Positions 36,469 to 44,796 of a stretch of DNA of 44,796 nucleotides are shown here, piece after piece. Position 1 is the stretch's first letter. Every line of letters begins with the position of its first letter. The position numbers and the translations under genes are program-made. The notes under the pieces are model-generated. The model was not told the origin of the DNA and did no database searches. It worked only from the letters and a program-made list of their open reading frames with translations. Source of the DNA: Nitrospirota bacterium (GTDB lineage Bacteria > Nitrospirota > Thermodesulfovibrionia > Thermodesulfovibrionales > JdFR-85); NCBI GenBank assembly GCA_015492515.1, contig WGEZ01000074.1, forward strand, positions 1 through 44,796, written 5' to 3'.

Positions 36469-37635
36469 TTGAAGACGCTGAACCTGCTCCTTACAGCTGC
36501 GGCCAATGTGATGAGACAGAGGCTCAGGACCTTTGTGGTCATAATCTGCCTCATCGTGATCCTCCTGCCCTTCCTGACGGCGACGGCCATTCAGGAGGGG
36601 GTGAAGGAGCAGGCCCTCCTCTCGGTGAGCGAGGGTGCGGACGTCTACGTGACCATGGACATGTACGGCCGGAACGGCATGATCCCTGTGGAGATGGCCG
36701 GCGAGATAGAGAAGATAGAGGGTGTCACAAAGGCCGTCCCGAGGGTGATCAGCCGGATCTACATAGAAGGGAGGCTCGCCGTGCTGCTCGGCCTGCCCCT
36801 GGCGGAGCTCGAAGAGAAGGTGGGCTTCATCAAGGGCTCCGCGCCCGGAGAGGGTGAGACGGTGATCGGCAGAGGGCTCGCCGACGCCCTCGGCCTGGAT
36901 GTGGGCGGCAGTATCGGCCTGGGCGTCAGGGTGACGGCCATCGTCGACCACAGGCCTTACATCGAGAGGAGGATCTACAGGATATCGGGCATATTCGACT
37001 CCGCAGGGATATGGACCTCTGACCTCGTGCTGGTCGATATCGAGGATGCGATCTCGATCTATGAGATGGAGGGCTTCGTCTCCGACATCGCCGTCTATGT
37101 GAGGCCCGGTTACGAGAGGTCGGTGACGGAGGAGATCCAGAAGATCAACTCCTACTTCAGGATACAGACGAAGGCCCTTGCAGAGAGGTACATGGAGCAG
37201 GGATTCAACAGGAAGGGCGGCGTCTTCGTCTCCCTCTACGTCATGGCCCTGGGCCTCGCCATCCCGACGATCCTGGTGCTCTCTGGGTTCGGGCTCTCCG
37301 AGAGGAGACGCGAGGTGGGCATCCTGAAGGCGACGGGATGGCAGACGCAGGAGGTCCTGGAGATGGTCTTCTTCGAGAACATCATCATCGCCGTGATCGG
37401 CGCCTCCCTGGCCCTCCTGCTCTCGTACATATGGGTGAGGGTGCTGAACGGCCTCCTTATAGCGCAGATCTTCATCGCCGAGGTGGGCAACGTAGCCCCC
37501 TTCAAGGTGCCTGCGCTCTTTACGCCCATGCCCTTCGTCCTCTCTTTCATCCTGGCCCTGGTGTTGACGATGACGGGAAGCATTTACTCCACCTGGAGGA
37601 CTTCGATAGTCCCTCCGGCGGAGGCCATGAGATGA
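36469..37635 (+). CDS. ABC transporter permease (FtsX/MacB/LolCE-like)
   Basis: One N-terminal TM, a large extracytoplasmic loop, ERRREVGILKATGW, three further TMs, and terminal P.EAMR. Confidence 0.88.
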   Translation: MKTLNLLLTAAANVMRQRLRTFVVIICLIVILLPFLTATAIQEGVKEQALLSVSEGADVYVTMDMYGRNGMIPVEMAGEIEKIEGVTKAVPRVISRIYIEGRLAVLLGLPLAELEEKVGFIKGSAPGEGETVIGRGLADALGLDVGGSIGLGVRVTAIVDHRPYIERRIYRISGIFDSAGIWTSDLVLVDIEDAISIYEMEGFVSDIAVYVRPGYERSVTEEIQKINSYFRIQTKALAERYMEQGFNRKGGVFVSLYVMALGLAIPTILVLSGFGLSERRREVGILKATGWQTQEVLEMVFFENIIIAVIGASLALLLSYIWVRVLNGLLIAQIFIAEVGNVAPFKVPALFTPMPFVLSFILALVLTMTGSIYSTWRTSIVPPAEAMR

Positions 37636-38321
37636 CCGGGGTTCCGTACATGATGGAGTGCAGGGGCGTGTGGAAGATCTACAACGAGGGCCGCCCGCAC
37701 GAGGTCCGCGCCCTTGTGGACATAAACATAGCCGTAAGGAAGGGATCACTGACCGTCCTGACAGGCCCTTCCGGCTCGGGCAAGACCACCCTGGTGGGCA
37801 TCATGGGGACGATAGAGAGGCCGAGCAGGGGACGGGTGTACCTGGAGGGCAGGGAGATAACCGGTTTCTCCGACGTGGCCCTCTCGATGATCAGGCGCGA
37901 GAGGACGGGTCTGGTCTTCCAGAACTTCAACCTCCTGCCGGGGGTCCCCGCCTGGGAGAACGTGGCCTACCCGCTCATACCACAGGGAGTGCGAGAGGGC
38001 GAGCGGAGGAGGAGGGCCGTGGAGCTCCTCTCCGCTCTGGGGCTCGCCGCGAGGGTGGACCACCCGCCCGAGGAGCTGAGCGGTGGAGAACAGCAGAGGG
38101 TCGCCATAGCCAGGGCCCTCGTCAACGACCCGGATATGATCATCCTCGATGAACCCACATCGAACATCGATGCCGGTACAGCGCTCCAGGTGCTGGAGAT
38201 CCTGAAGGGACTGAAGAGAGAGGGGAAGACCCTCATCCTCTCCACCCATGACTCTGATCTGTTCGGGGAGGCCGACGAGATCTACAGGCTGAAGGGAGGT
38301 GTGCTCGAGGGCGGCGGTTGA
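37632..38321 (+). CDS. ABC transporter ATP-binding protein (LolD/MacB-like)
   Basis: [38 protein letters not shown]; ATGA overlap with the permease stop. Confidence 0.93.
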   Translation: MTGVPYMMECRGVWKIYNEGRPHEVRALVDINIAVRKGSLTVLTGPSGSGKTTLVGIMGTIERPSRGRVYLEGREITGFSDVALSMIRRERTGLVFQNFNLLPGVPAWENVAYPLIPQGVREGERRRRAVELLSALGLAARVDHPPEELSGGEQQRVAIARALVNDPDMIILDEPTSNIDAGTALQVLEILKGLKREGKTLILSTHDSDLFGEADEIYRLKGGVLEGGG

Positions 38322-38351
38322 TCCGTCACCGCCCCGGGCAGGGCTTCCGGC

Positions 38352-39362
38352 GTGATAATCACCCCCTACACGGTCATCACCCTCTTCATCGCCGTCCTGA
38401 CGGGGATCATCGCCGTCATCCTCTTCGTATCATCATCAAGGGTGTACCTGGGGCTGGACGGAGGGGCCTCCGATACAGGCCGCACAGAGGCCGAGAACCG
38501 GTCCTACCTCCTCCTGCTCCTTGCAAAGGTGGTCCTCTATGCGAAGCTCCTCTCCTGGCCACTCCTGTACGTCACGCTCCAGAGCTACGTGCCCTACCTC
38601 CCGGGGTCGATGTGCATCTTCGGGGTGACCCAGGCCCAGCCCGCACTCAGCGGCGTCATCCAGATACTGAAGCCCCTCTCGTTCCTCCTCATCGGCGGGT
38701 GGCTCCTCCTGAACAGGCTCGACAGGACCACGGAGACAGCACCGCTGTTCAGGAGGAAGATCCTCTTCCTGTCCCTGGTGAGCATCCTCGTTGCCGCGGA
38801 GAGCGGCGCTGAGGTGGCCTACCTCGTCGGCTTCGAGAGTCAGGCGGACGTCGGCTGCTGCACCACGGTCTTCGACCTCCCTGACAGGAAGACGGCCCTC
38901 CTCTCCTCGTCGATCCTGGGCGAGGGATACGGCCCTTATCTGCTGCCCCTCTACTATCTGTCAAACCTCACACTCGTCGGCCTCCTCGGCCTGGCATACC
39001 GGAGGCTCTCCGGCCCCGGCGGAAGGGCCGCCGGAGTCCTCGGCGCAGCCGCCGTCTTCAGCCTCCTGAACTCGGCGGTGACCGCTGTTGCAGCCTTCGA
39101 GAAGATCGCCCCCGAGGTGATGGACCTCCCCTATCACCACTGCATCTACTGCATGTGGCAGTACGCGCCTGACAGCGCCCTGGCCACGGCCTTTGCGATC
39201 ATCGGCAACTTCTCACCCCTCTGGGCGGTCCTCATCATGCTGACCGGCAGGCATCCCGAGACGAGCGGACACCTCCAGAGGTATGCGGCCAACCTCTGCT
39301 TTCTTGGTATAATAACCATCGGCGCCTCCCTGGCGATGGTGACCGTACATCTGCTGTTTTAG
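38352..39362 (+). CDS. Polytopic membrane protein with Cys/His motifs
   Basis: About 8 hydrophobic segments; loop motifs PGSMCIFG, VGCCTTVF and PYHHCIYC. Confidence 0.78.
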   Translation: MIITPYTVITLFIAVLTGIIAVILFVSSSRVYLGLDGGASDTGRTEAENRSYLLLLLAKVVLYAKLLSWPLLYVTLQSYVPYLPGSMCIFGVTQAQPALSGVIQILKPLSFLLIGGWLLLNRLDRTTETAPLFRRKILFLSLVSILVAAESGAEVAYLVGFESQADVGCCTTVFDLPDRKTALLSSSILGEGYGPYLLPLYYLSNLTLVGLLGLAYRRLSGPGGRAAGVLGAAAVFSLLNSAVTAVAAFEKIAPEVMDLPYHHCIYCMWQYAPDSALATAFAIIGNFSPLWAVLIMLTGRHPETSGHLQRYAANLCFLGIITIGASLAMVTVHLLF

Positions 39363-39373
39363 AGGAAGGTAAG

Positions 39374-39790
39374 GTGAAAAGGAGATATACAGCCGCGGCG
39401 GTTCTGGTTCTCTCCGTCGCCGTCGCCCTCGCCTCCGTGATCTTCAAGGATCGGAGCGCCTACAGGTGCAGCTACGACGGCAACCCGATCACACCGGTGT
39501 ACGAGGTGGATATAAGGCTCAGGGACGGAGGGCTCCTGAGGTTCTGCTCCGTCTCCTGTGCAATTGCCTGGCTCCGGGAGGGCGGTGAGGGGGTGGAGGC
39601 TGTGGTTGTCACTGACGAGGTCTCGGGAGAGAGGCTCGATCCAGCCATCGCCTACTTCGTCGAAAGCGACGTGGTTACGGATCGGGCGACGGGCAACAGG
39701 ATCCACGTCTTCAGAGAGAGGTCGACGGCGGTGGCCCACGCACGGAGACACAGCGGGAGGCTCCTGGACAACCCCTTCACGATACCCTGA
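39374..39790 (+). CDS. Second NosL-like membrane-anchored protein
   Basis: N-terminal TM; CSYDG..I, FCSVSCA..W, V.DE..G..LD...AYFVES.V, F.....A......H.G..L. Confidence 0.7.
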   Translation: MKRRYTAAAVLVLSVAVALASVIFKDRSAYRCSYDGNPITPVYEVDIRLRDGGLLRFCSVSCAIAWLREGGEGVEAVVVTDEVSGERLDPAIAYFVESDVVTDRATGNRIHVFRERSTAVAHARRHSGRLLDNPFTIP

Positions 39791-40144
39791 GTGCGTCCAC
39801 CGGAGAGCCCATCGCATGCAGGATCGGAGCGACAGGCCCTGCTCCCGCACGGATATCGAGGCCTGCACTTGCCTTTAATCCATGAAATGTTGTAGATTAG
39901 AAGTGGGCGAACTCCCGTGGTTTCTCCGCGGGGCAGCGAGTGGAGTACGATGTCGATATACATGGTGCACATCTAAGACCCTGCGGCTCAACCGCAGGGT
40001 TCTTTGTTTGTATCATGTACGGCTGATCAGCCGTCGCGGTTTCAGGAGGGAAAGAGAGACACTCCCCGGCCCTGACGAAATGAAGTCGGTCCTGCGCCGT
40101 CCCGCTTTATCCGCATGCACATCAAGGCGTCCGGTCCTTTGAAG

Positions 40145-42277
40145 ATGACGAGGGTAGAGAAGAGAAGAGAGGGTCTCCTTCAGGAGCTGGAGCAATTGCG
40201 CCGGAGGGTTGCCGAGCTCGAGGCCTCTGATCGGGAGCGGCGACGGTTGCAGGAAGAGCTCCTCCTGCTTCAGACCCTTATACAATCCGTCAGCACCTCC
40301 GCGGACATGCATACCGCCCTTGACCTCGCCATACAGAAGGTCTGCAGGGCCACCGGCTGGGTCTATGGCGAGGCATGGGTGCCCAACCCGAAGGGTGAGT
40401 ACCTCGAGCTCAGCCCTGCCTGGTACGGGAGCACCCCGGCGCTGAACCGGTTCAGACGCCTCAGCGAGGGGTTCATCTTCCCTCCCCGCATCGGTCTGCC
40501 CGGGAGGACCTGGTCGCTGAAGCGGGCGGTCTGGATACCCGATGTGACCGTCGAGAGGTGGTTCCTCCGTTATGAGTCGGCCCGGAAGGCCGGGCTGAGG
40601 GCCGGTGTGGGGGTGCCCATCCTGGCCGGCGAGGAGGTGATCTCCGTACTGGTCTTCTTCCTCTTCAAGGCCTGTGAGAAGGACGAGGACTTCGTCAAGC
40701 TCGTATCGGCCGTCGCATCACAGCTCGGTGCCGTCTTCCACCGCAAGAGGGCCGAGGAGGCGCTCCGGGAGAGCGAGGAACGCTTCCGGGCGCTCTTTGA
40801 ATCAGCCCTGGACCCCATATTCATCAAGGACGCCTCTCTCAGATACACGGCCGTCAACCCGGCGATGGAACGACTCCTCGGGCTTCCCTGCAGTGCCCTC
40901 TCAGGCATGACCGACGGAGAGGTCTTCGGAGAGGAGGCGGGCAGGGAGACAAGGAAGGAGGACCTCCGCGTCCTCGCCGGCGAGATCATCGAGGGGGAGC
41001 ACTCAAGGACCGTAAAGGGAAGGAAGGCCACCTTCCATGTGGTGAAGGTACCCATATACAACAACAACGGTGAGGTGATGGGGCTCTGCGGGGTCATACA
41101 CGATATAACCGAGAGGAAGCGGACCGAGGAGACCCTCCGCAACATCGCCGAGGGGGTCTCGGCCGAGACCGGCGAGGCCTTCTTCCGATCCCTGGTCCTC
41201 TACCTTGCCGGGACACTGGAGATGGACTACGCCTTCGTCGCCGAGCTTGAAGAGGATGGCGGCGAAATCGCCCGTACCATCGCCCTCTGTGCCCGGGGCA
41301 GGATCGTGGAGAACATTAAGTACAGGCTGGCCGGCACACCCTGTGACAACGTCAGGAAGAAACAGCTCTGCTGCTACCCCTCGGGCATACGGAGGCTCTT
41401 CCCCGAGGACCGGATGCTTTCGGATATGGAGATCGAGAGCTACATAGGAACCCCCCTCTTCGGCTCCACCGGGAGGGTGCTCGGACTGATAGTCGTAATG
41501 GGGACCAACCCCCTCGGCAATCCCAGGCTGGCGGCCTCGATGCTGCAGATCTTCGCCGTCCGTGCCTCGGCGGAGCTGGAGCGGAAGCGCTTCGAGGAGG
41601 AGCTGATGGCCTCCAGGGAGCAGCTCCGAAACCTCTCGCTCCATCTACAGTCAGTGAGGGAAGAAGAAAGGGCGCACCTCTCGCGGGAGATCCACGACGA
41701 GCTGGGCCAGGCCCTCACGGCACTGAAGATGGATCTGGCCTGGCTGAAGAAGAGGCTCCCCGGGGACCAGCAGGCACTGTTCGAGAAGCTGGTCTCTGCA
41801 GAGGAGCTCACCCGTTCCACCCTCCAGGCGGTGAAGAGGATCTCCGCCGAGCTGAGGCCCGGTCTGCTGGACGACGTGGGCCTGACGGCGGCGATCGAGT
41901 GGCAGGCTGAGGAGTTCAGGAAGAGGACGGGCATAGAATGCAGGACCAGGGTGGAGCAGGACCTCGGCCTGGAGAAGGACCTCAGCACCACTATCTTCCG
42001 CATCGTCCAGGAGGCGCTCACGAATGTGGCCCGCCATGCAAGGGCCGGCAGGGTGGAGATATCCCTCAGGGAGAGGGACGGTGTGGTGAGGCTGCTGATC
42101 ATCGACGACGGCGTGGGCATAACAGCGGAGCAGGCCTCTGACCCGAGGTCCTTCGGGCTCCTGGGTATAAGGGAACGTGTACGCTTCTGGAACGGCCGGG
42201 TGAAGGTGAAAGGCTCCCCCGGGAAGGGCACCACGCTGGATGTGGTCATTCCACTCCGAAGGGAGGGCCGGGGATGA
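40145..42277 (+). CDS. Cytoplasmic GAF-PAS-GAF histidine kinase (HisKA_3/NarX-like)
   Basis: No TM; GAF (GLPGR.W), PAS (FIKD....Y..VN...DITERK), second GAF, EER..LSREIHDELGQ, QEALTNVARHA, DDGVG, GLLG.RER. Alternative start at 40115. Confidence 0.92.
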   Translation: MTRVEKRREGLLQELEQLRRRVAELEASDRERRRLQEELLLLQTLIQSVSTSADMHTALDLAIQKVCRATGWVYGEAWVPNPKGEYLELSPAWYGSTPALNRFRRLSEGFIFPPRIGLPGRTWSLKRAVWIPDVTVERWFLRYESARKAGLRAGVGVPILAGEEVISVLVFFLFKACEKDEDFVKLVSAVASQLGAVFHRKRAEEALRESEERFRALFESALDPIFIKDASLRYTAVNPAMERLLGLPCSALSGMTDGEVFGEEAGRETRKEDLRVLAGEIIEGEHSRTVKGRKATFHVVKVPIYNNNGEVMGLCGVIHDITERKRTEETLRNIAEGVSAETGEAFFRSLVLYLAGTLEMDYAFVAELEEDGGEIARTIALCARGRIVENIKYRLAGTPCDNVRKKQLCCYPSGIRRLFPEDRMLSDMEIESYIGTPLFGSTGRVLGLIVVMGTNPLGNPRLAASMLQIFAVRASAELERKRFEEELMASREQLRNLSLHLQSVREEERAHLSREIHDELGQALTALKMDLAWLKKRLPGDQQALFEKLVSAEELTRSTLQAVKRISAELRPGLLDDVGLTAAIEWQAEEFRKRTGIECRTRVEQDLGLEKDLSTTIFRIVQEALTNVARHARAGRVEISLRERDGVVRLLIIDDGVGITAEQASDPRSFGLLGIRERVRFWNGRVKVKGSPGKGTTLDVVIPLRREGRG

Positions 42278-42924
42278 GGGCCGGTGCGGTGACAAGGGTC
42301 CTGATCGCCGACGACCATGCCGTGGTCCGGAGGGGGCTGAAGGAGATCATTGCAGAGACGCCGGACATGGTCGTCGCCGGTGAGGCAGCCAGCGGTGAGG
42401 AGGTGCTGGAGAGGCTTAAGGAGGGTGAGTATGACCTGCTTGTACTGGACATCACCATGCCCGGAAGGAACGGGCTCGACATACTGAAGGAGTTGAAGAC
42501 GGAGTGGCCCGACCTCCCCGTTCTGATACTGAGCATCCATCCCGAGGAGCAGTACGCGGTACGGGCGCTGAAGAGCGGGGCCTCGGGTTACCTCACGAAG
42601 GAGAGCGCTCCTGAAGAGCTGATAACGGCACTGCGGAAGGTCTCGGAGGGGAGGAAGTACATCTCTGCATCCCTCGCCGAGAGGCTCCTGCGCACATCAG
42701 CCGCCGACCAGAAAAAACCCCTCCACGAGAGACTCTCCAACCGTGAATACCAGGTGATGTGTCTGATAGCGTCGGGGAAGACCGTGAAGGAGATCGCCGA
42801 GGAACTCTCTCTCAGCGTCAAGACCATAAGCACCTACCGCAACCGCATCCTGGAGAAGATGAATATGAAGAACAACGCCGAGATAATCCACTACGCCCTC
42901 AAGTACAGGCTCGTGCACTTCTGA
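42274..42924 (+). CDS. NarL/LuxR-family response regulator
   Basis: ADDH.VVR.G, VLDITMP, GYLTK, LS.RE.QV..LIA.GK....IA..L.LS.KT.STY; ATGA coupling to the kinase. Confidence 0.95.
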   Translation: MRAGAVTRVLIADDHAVVRRGLKEIIAETPDMVVAGEAASGEEVLERLKEGEYDLLVLDITMPGRNGLDILKELKTEWPDLPVLILSIHPEEQYAVRALKSGASGYLTKESAPEELITALRKVSEGRKYISASLAERLLRTSAADQKKPLHERLSNREYQVMCLIASGKTVKEIAEELSLSVKTISTYRNRILEKMNMKNNAEIIHYALKYRLVHF

Positions 42925-43007
42925 GCCCTCTGGTTCTCCATTGACTGCTCCTGGCCGGAAGTTCTAAAATCTCCCCAGTCGGTCCCCCTGTCGGAACGGA
43001 CGAAACG

Positions 43008-44018
43008 ATGAAGACACTCCCCGTGGGAAAACTGAAGATGGAGCAGCTCTCCAGCCTCCTGAAACGCTACGGAGGCGCCCCTGATCCATCGGTGATCATC
43101 GGCCCCGAGGTCGGGGAGGACGCCGCGGTGATAGAGACGACGGGAGAGCTCCTGGTGGTGAAGACGGACCCCATCACCTTCGCCACGGACCGTATCGGCG
43201 AGTACACCATCAACATAAACGCCAACGACATCGCCTGCATGGGGGGCAGACCGAGGTGGTTCCTCGCCACAGTGCTTCTCCCGGAGGGAAAGACGGACGA
43301 GGCCCTGGTAGAGGAGATCTTCTCCCAGCTCTCCGGGGCGTGCAGACGGCTTGGTATGGCGATCTGCGGCGGCCACACAGAGGTCACCTACGGCCTCGAC
43401 AGGCCTGTGGTCGTGGGCCAGATGATCGGGACCGTCTCCAGCGACAGGCTCGTACGTTCGTCGGGGGCCAGGGTGGGCGACCATCTCCTCCTTACGAAGG
43501 GGATCGCCGTGGAGGCCACGAGCCTCCTCGCCAGGGAGAAGGAGGCTCAACTCTTGGAGGCCTTCGACAGGGGGTTCATCGAGAGGTGCAAGGCCTTCCT
43601 CGATGATCCGGGGATAAGCATCCTGAGGGACGCCGAGATCGCCCTCGATGCGGGCACCGTCCATGCCATGCACGATCCGACCGAGGGAGGGCTCGGCACG
43701 GGTCTCCACGAGCTCGCCAGGGCCTCGGGGAAGGGCATCGAGGTCTGGGCGGAGGCGATACCCGTCTTTCCCGAGACGGAGGCGCTCTGCAGCTTCTTCG
43801 GCCTCGACCCCCTCGGGGTGATCGCCTCGGGAGCGCTGCTGATCGCAGCGGAGCCGTCCTCTTCCGGGAGGGTGATCGACTCCCTCCGTTCCGGAGGCAT
43901 CGCCTGTACCCGCATAGGGGTCGTGAAGGAGGAGGCCGAGGGGCTGACGATCCTCAGGGACTCCGAGAGGCTGCCCCTGCCCTGCTTCGAGCAGGACGAG
44001 ATCTCCAGGCTCTTCTGA
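43008..44018 (+). CDS. AIR synthase (PurM/HypE/ThiL) superfamily protein
   Basis: GKL, GP.VGEDAA, KTDPIT, NANDIA..G..P, GGHTEVT, MHDPTEGG, DPL..IASG.LLI. Confidence 0.85.
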   Translation: MKTLPVGKLKMEQLSSLLKRYGGAPDPSVIIGPEVGEDAAVIETTGELLVVKTDPITFATDRIGEYTININANDIACMGGRPRWFLATVLLPEGKTDEALVEEIFSQLSGACRRLGMAICGGHTEVTYGLDRPVVVGQMIGTVSSDRLVRSSGARVGDHLLLTKGIAVEATSLLAREKEAQLLEAFDRGFIERCKAFLDDPGISILRDAEIALDAGTVHAMHDPTEGGLGTGLHELARASGKGIEVWAEAIPVFPETEALCSFFGLDPLGVIASGALLIAAEPSSSGRVIDSLRSGGIACTRIGVVKEEAEGLTILRDSERLPLPCFEQDEISRLF

Positions 44019-44093
44019 TCCCGTCCCCCCACCGGCTCCAAACGCCTCTTCCCCGGCGGAAACCCGGAACCCCTCTTATGATAGAATAGGGGT

Positions 44094-44796
44094 ATGGCGA
44101 CAATCCTACTCACAAACGACGACGGTATCCAGTCCGAGGGGCTCCAGGCCCTCTACAGGGTGATGAGCGAGGAGTTCGATACCTACATCGTCGCCCCGGA
44201 CCAGGAGAGGAGCGCCGTCAGCCACGCCCTCACCATGCACCGCCCCCTGAAGGTCGAGGTGATGAGCGAGAGGGTCTTCACAGTGAACGGAACACCCACG
44301 GACTCCGTCGTCGTGGCCGTGGAGAAGATCCTGCCCGAGAAACCGGCCCTCCTGATATCAGGGATAAACCGCGGGGCGAACCTGGGCGACGACATCACCT
44401 ACTCAGGGACCGTCTCCGCCGCCATCGAGGGGACCCTCTTCGGGATCCCCTCGGCTGCGGTCTCCATGGTGATCACCGGTGAGAGGGGCGTCCACTTCGG
44501 GACCGCCGCCGACTTCTCCAGGAGGCTCGCCAGGTTCATCCTAAGGTACGGGCTGCCGTCAGACACACTGCTGAACGTGAACGTACCGGATCTGGCCGGG
44601 GAGATGATCAGGGGCGTAAAGTTCACAAGACAGGGCAAGAGGGTCTATGACAACGCCATCCACGAGACCCTCGATCCCTGGGGGAGGAAACACTACTGGA
44701 TAGGTGGAGGCACGCCCTCATGGGAGGAAGGCAACGACACGGACTTCAACGCCGTCACCAACGGATTCATATCCATCACCCCCATCCACCTCGACC
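44094..44796 (+). CDS. surE: 5'/3'-nucleotidase SurE (3' truncated by the window end; absent from the ORF track)
   Basis: Manual translation from ATG 44094: MATILLTNDDGIQSEGL...VAPDQERSAVSHALT...GTPTD...SGINRGANLGDDITYSGTVSAAIEG...LNVNVP...ISITPIHLD. Confidence 0.95.
   Translation, partial: MATILLTNDDGIQSEGLQALYRVMSEEFDTYIVAPDQERSAVSHALTMHRPLKVEVMSERVFTVNGTPTDSVVVAVEKILPEKPALLISGINRGANLGDDITYSGTVSAAIEGTLFGIPSAAVSMVITGERGVHFGTAADFSRRLARFILRYGLPSDTLLNVNVPDLAGEMIRGVKFTRQGKRVYDNAIHETLDPWGRKHYWIGGGTPSWEEGNDTDFNAVTNGFISITPIHLD

Noticed and set aside
39791-40144. ~350-nt intergenic region with short ORFs (39882-40142, 39652-39972)
   Set aside because: No motif, RBS or convincing RNA structure recognised; probably the promoter region of the kinase.

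Overview
GC-rich, gene-dense bacterial chromosomal window. The gene set and protein style suggest Nitrospirota or a Desulfobacterota-like anaerobe, which is inference only. Most of it is housekeeping: lipA, class II aldolase, galU, lon, thiL, initiator tRNA-Met, htpX, uvrA, yacG, tRNA-Ser(CGA), tadA, leuS, a DegP/DegQ protease, tatB/tatC and a partial surE. I saw no integrase, transposase, prophage or CRISPR array. Five embedded modules stand out. (1) A tightly coupled operon of a membrane-anchored peptidoglycan amidase, a MamK-like actin and a pseudo-receiver/TM/SPOR protein (2567-5818), with no other magnetosome gene in the window; this is the best candidate for an undescribed cytoskeleton-guided cell-wall remodelling system. 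(2) A three-gene cluster resembling a bacterial ceramide pathway (reductase, serine palmitoyltransferase, GNAT-type ceramide synthase; 11940-15252) facing a FabF paralog. (3) An operon of a stand-alone MshEN-like protein, a vWA surface protein and a TM coiled-coil protein (22984-25667). (4) A HEAT-repeat and HD-GYP gene pair that appear to share an N-terminal domain. (5) A double-NosL/ABC transporter/Cys-His membrane protein cluster without nosZ. All family calls come from reading motifs by eye; no database search was run.
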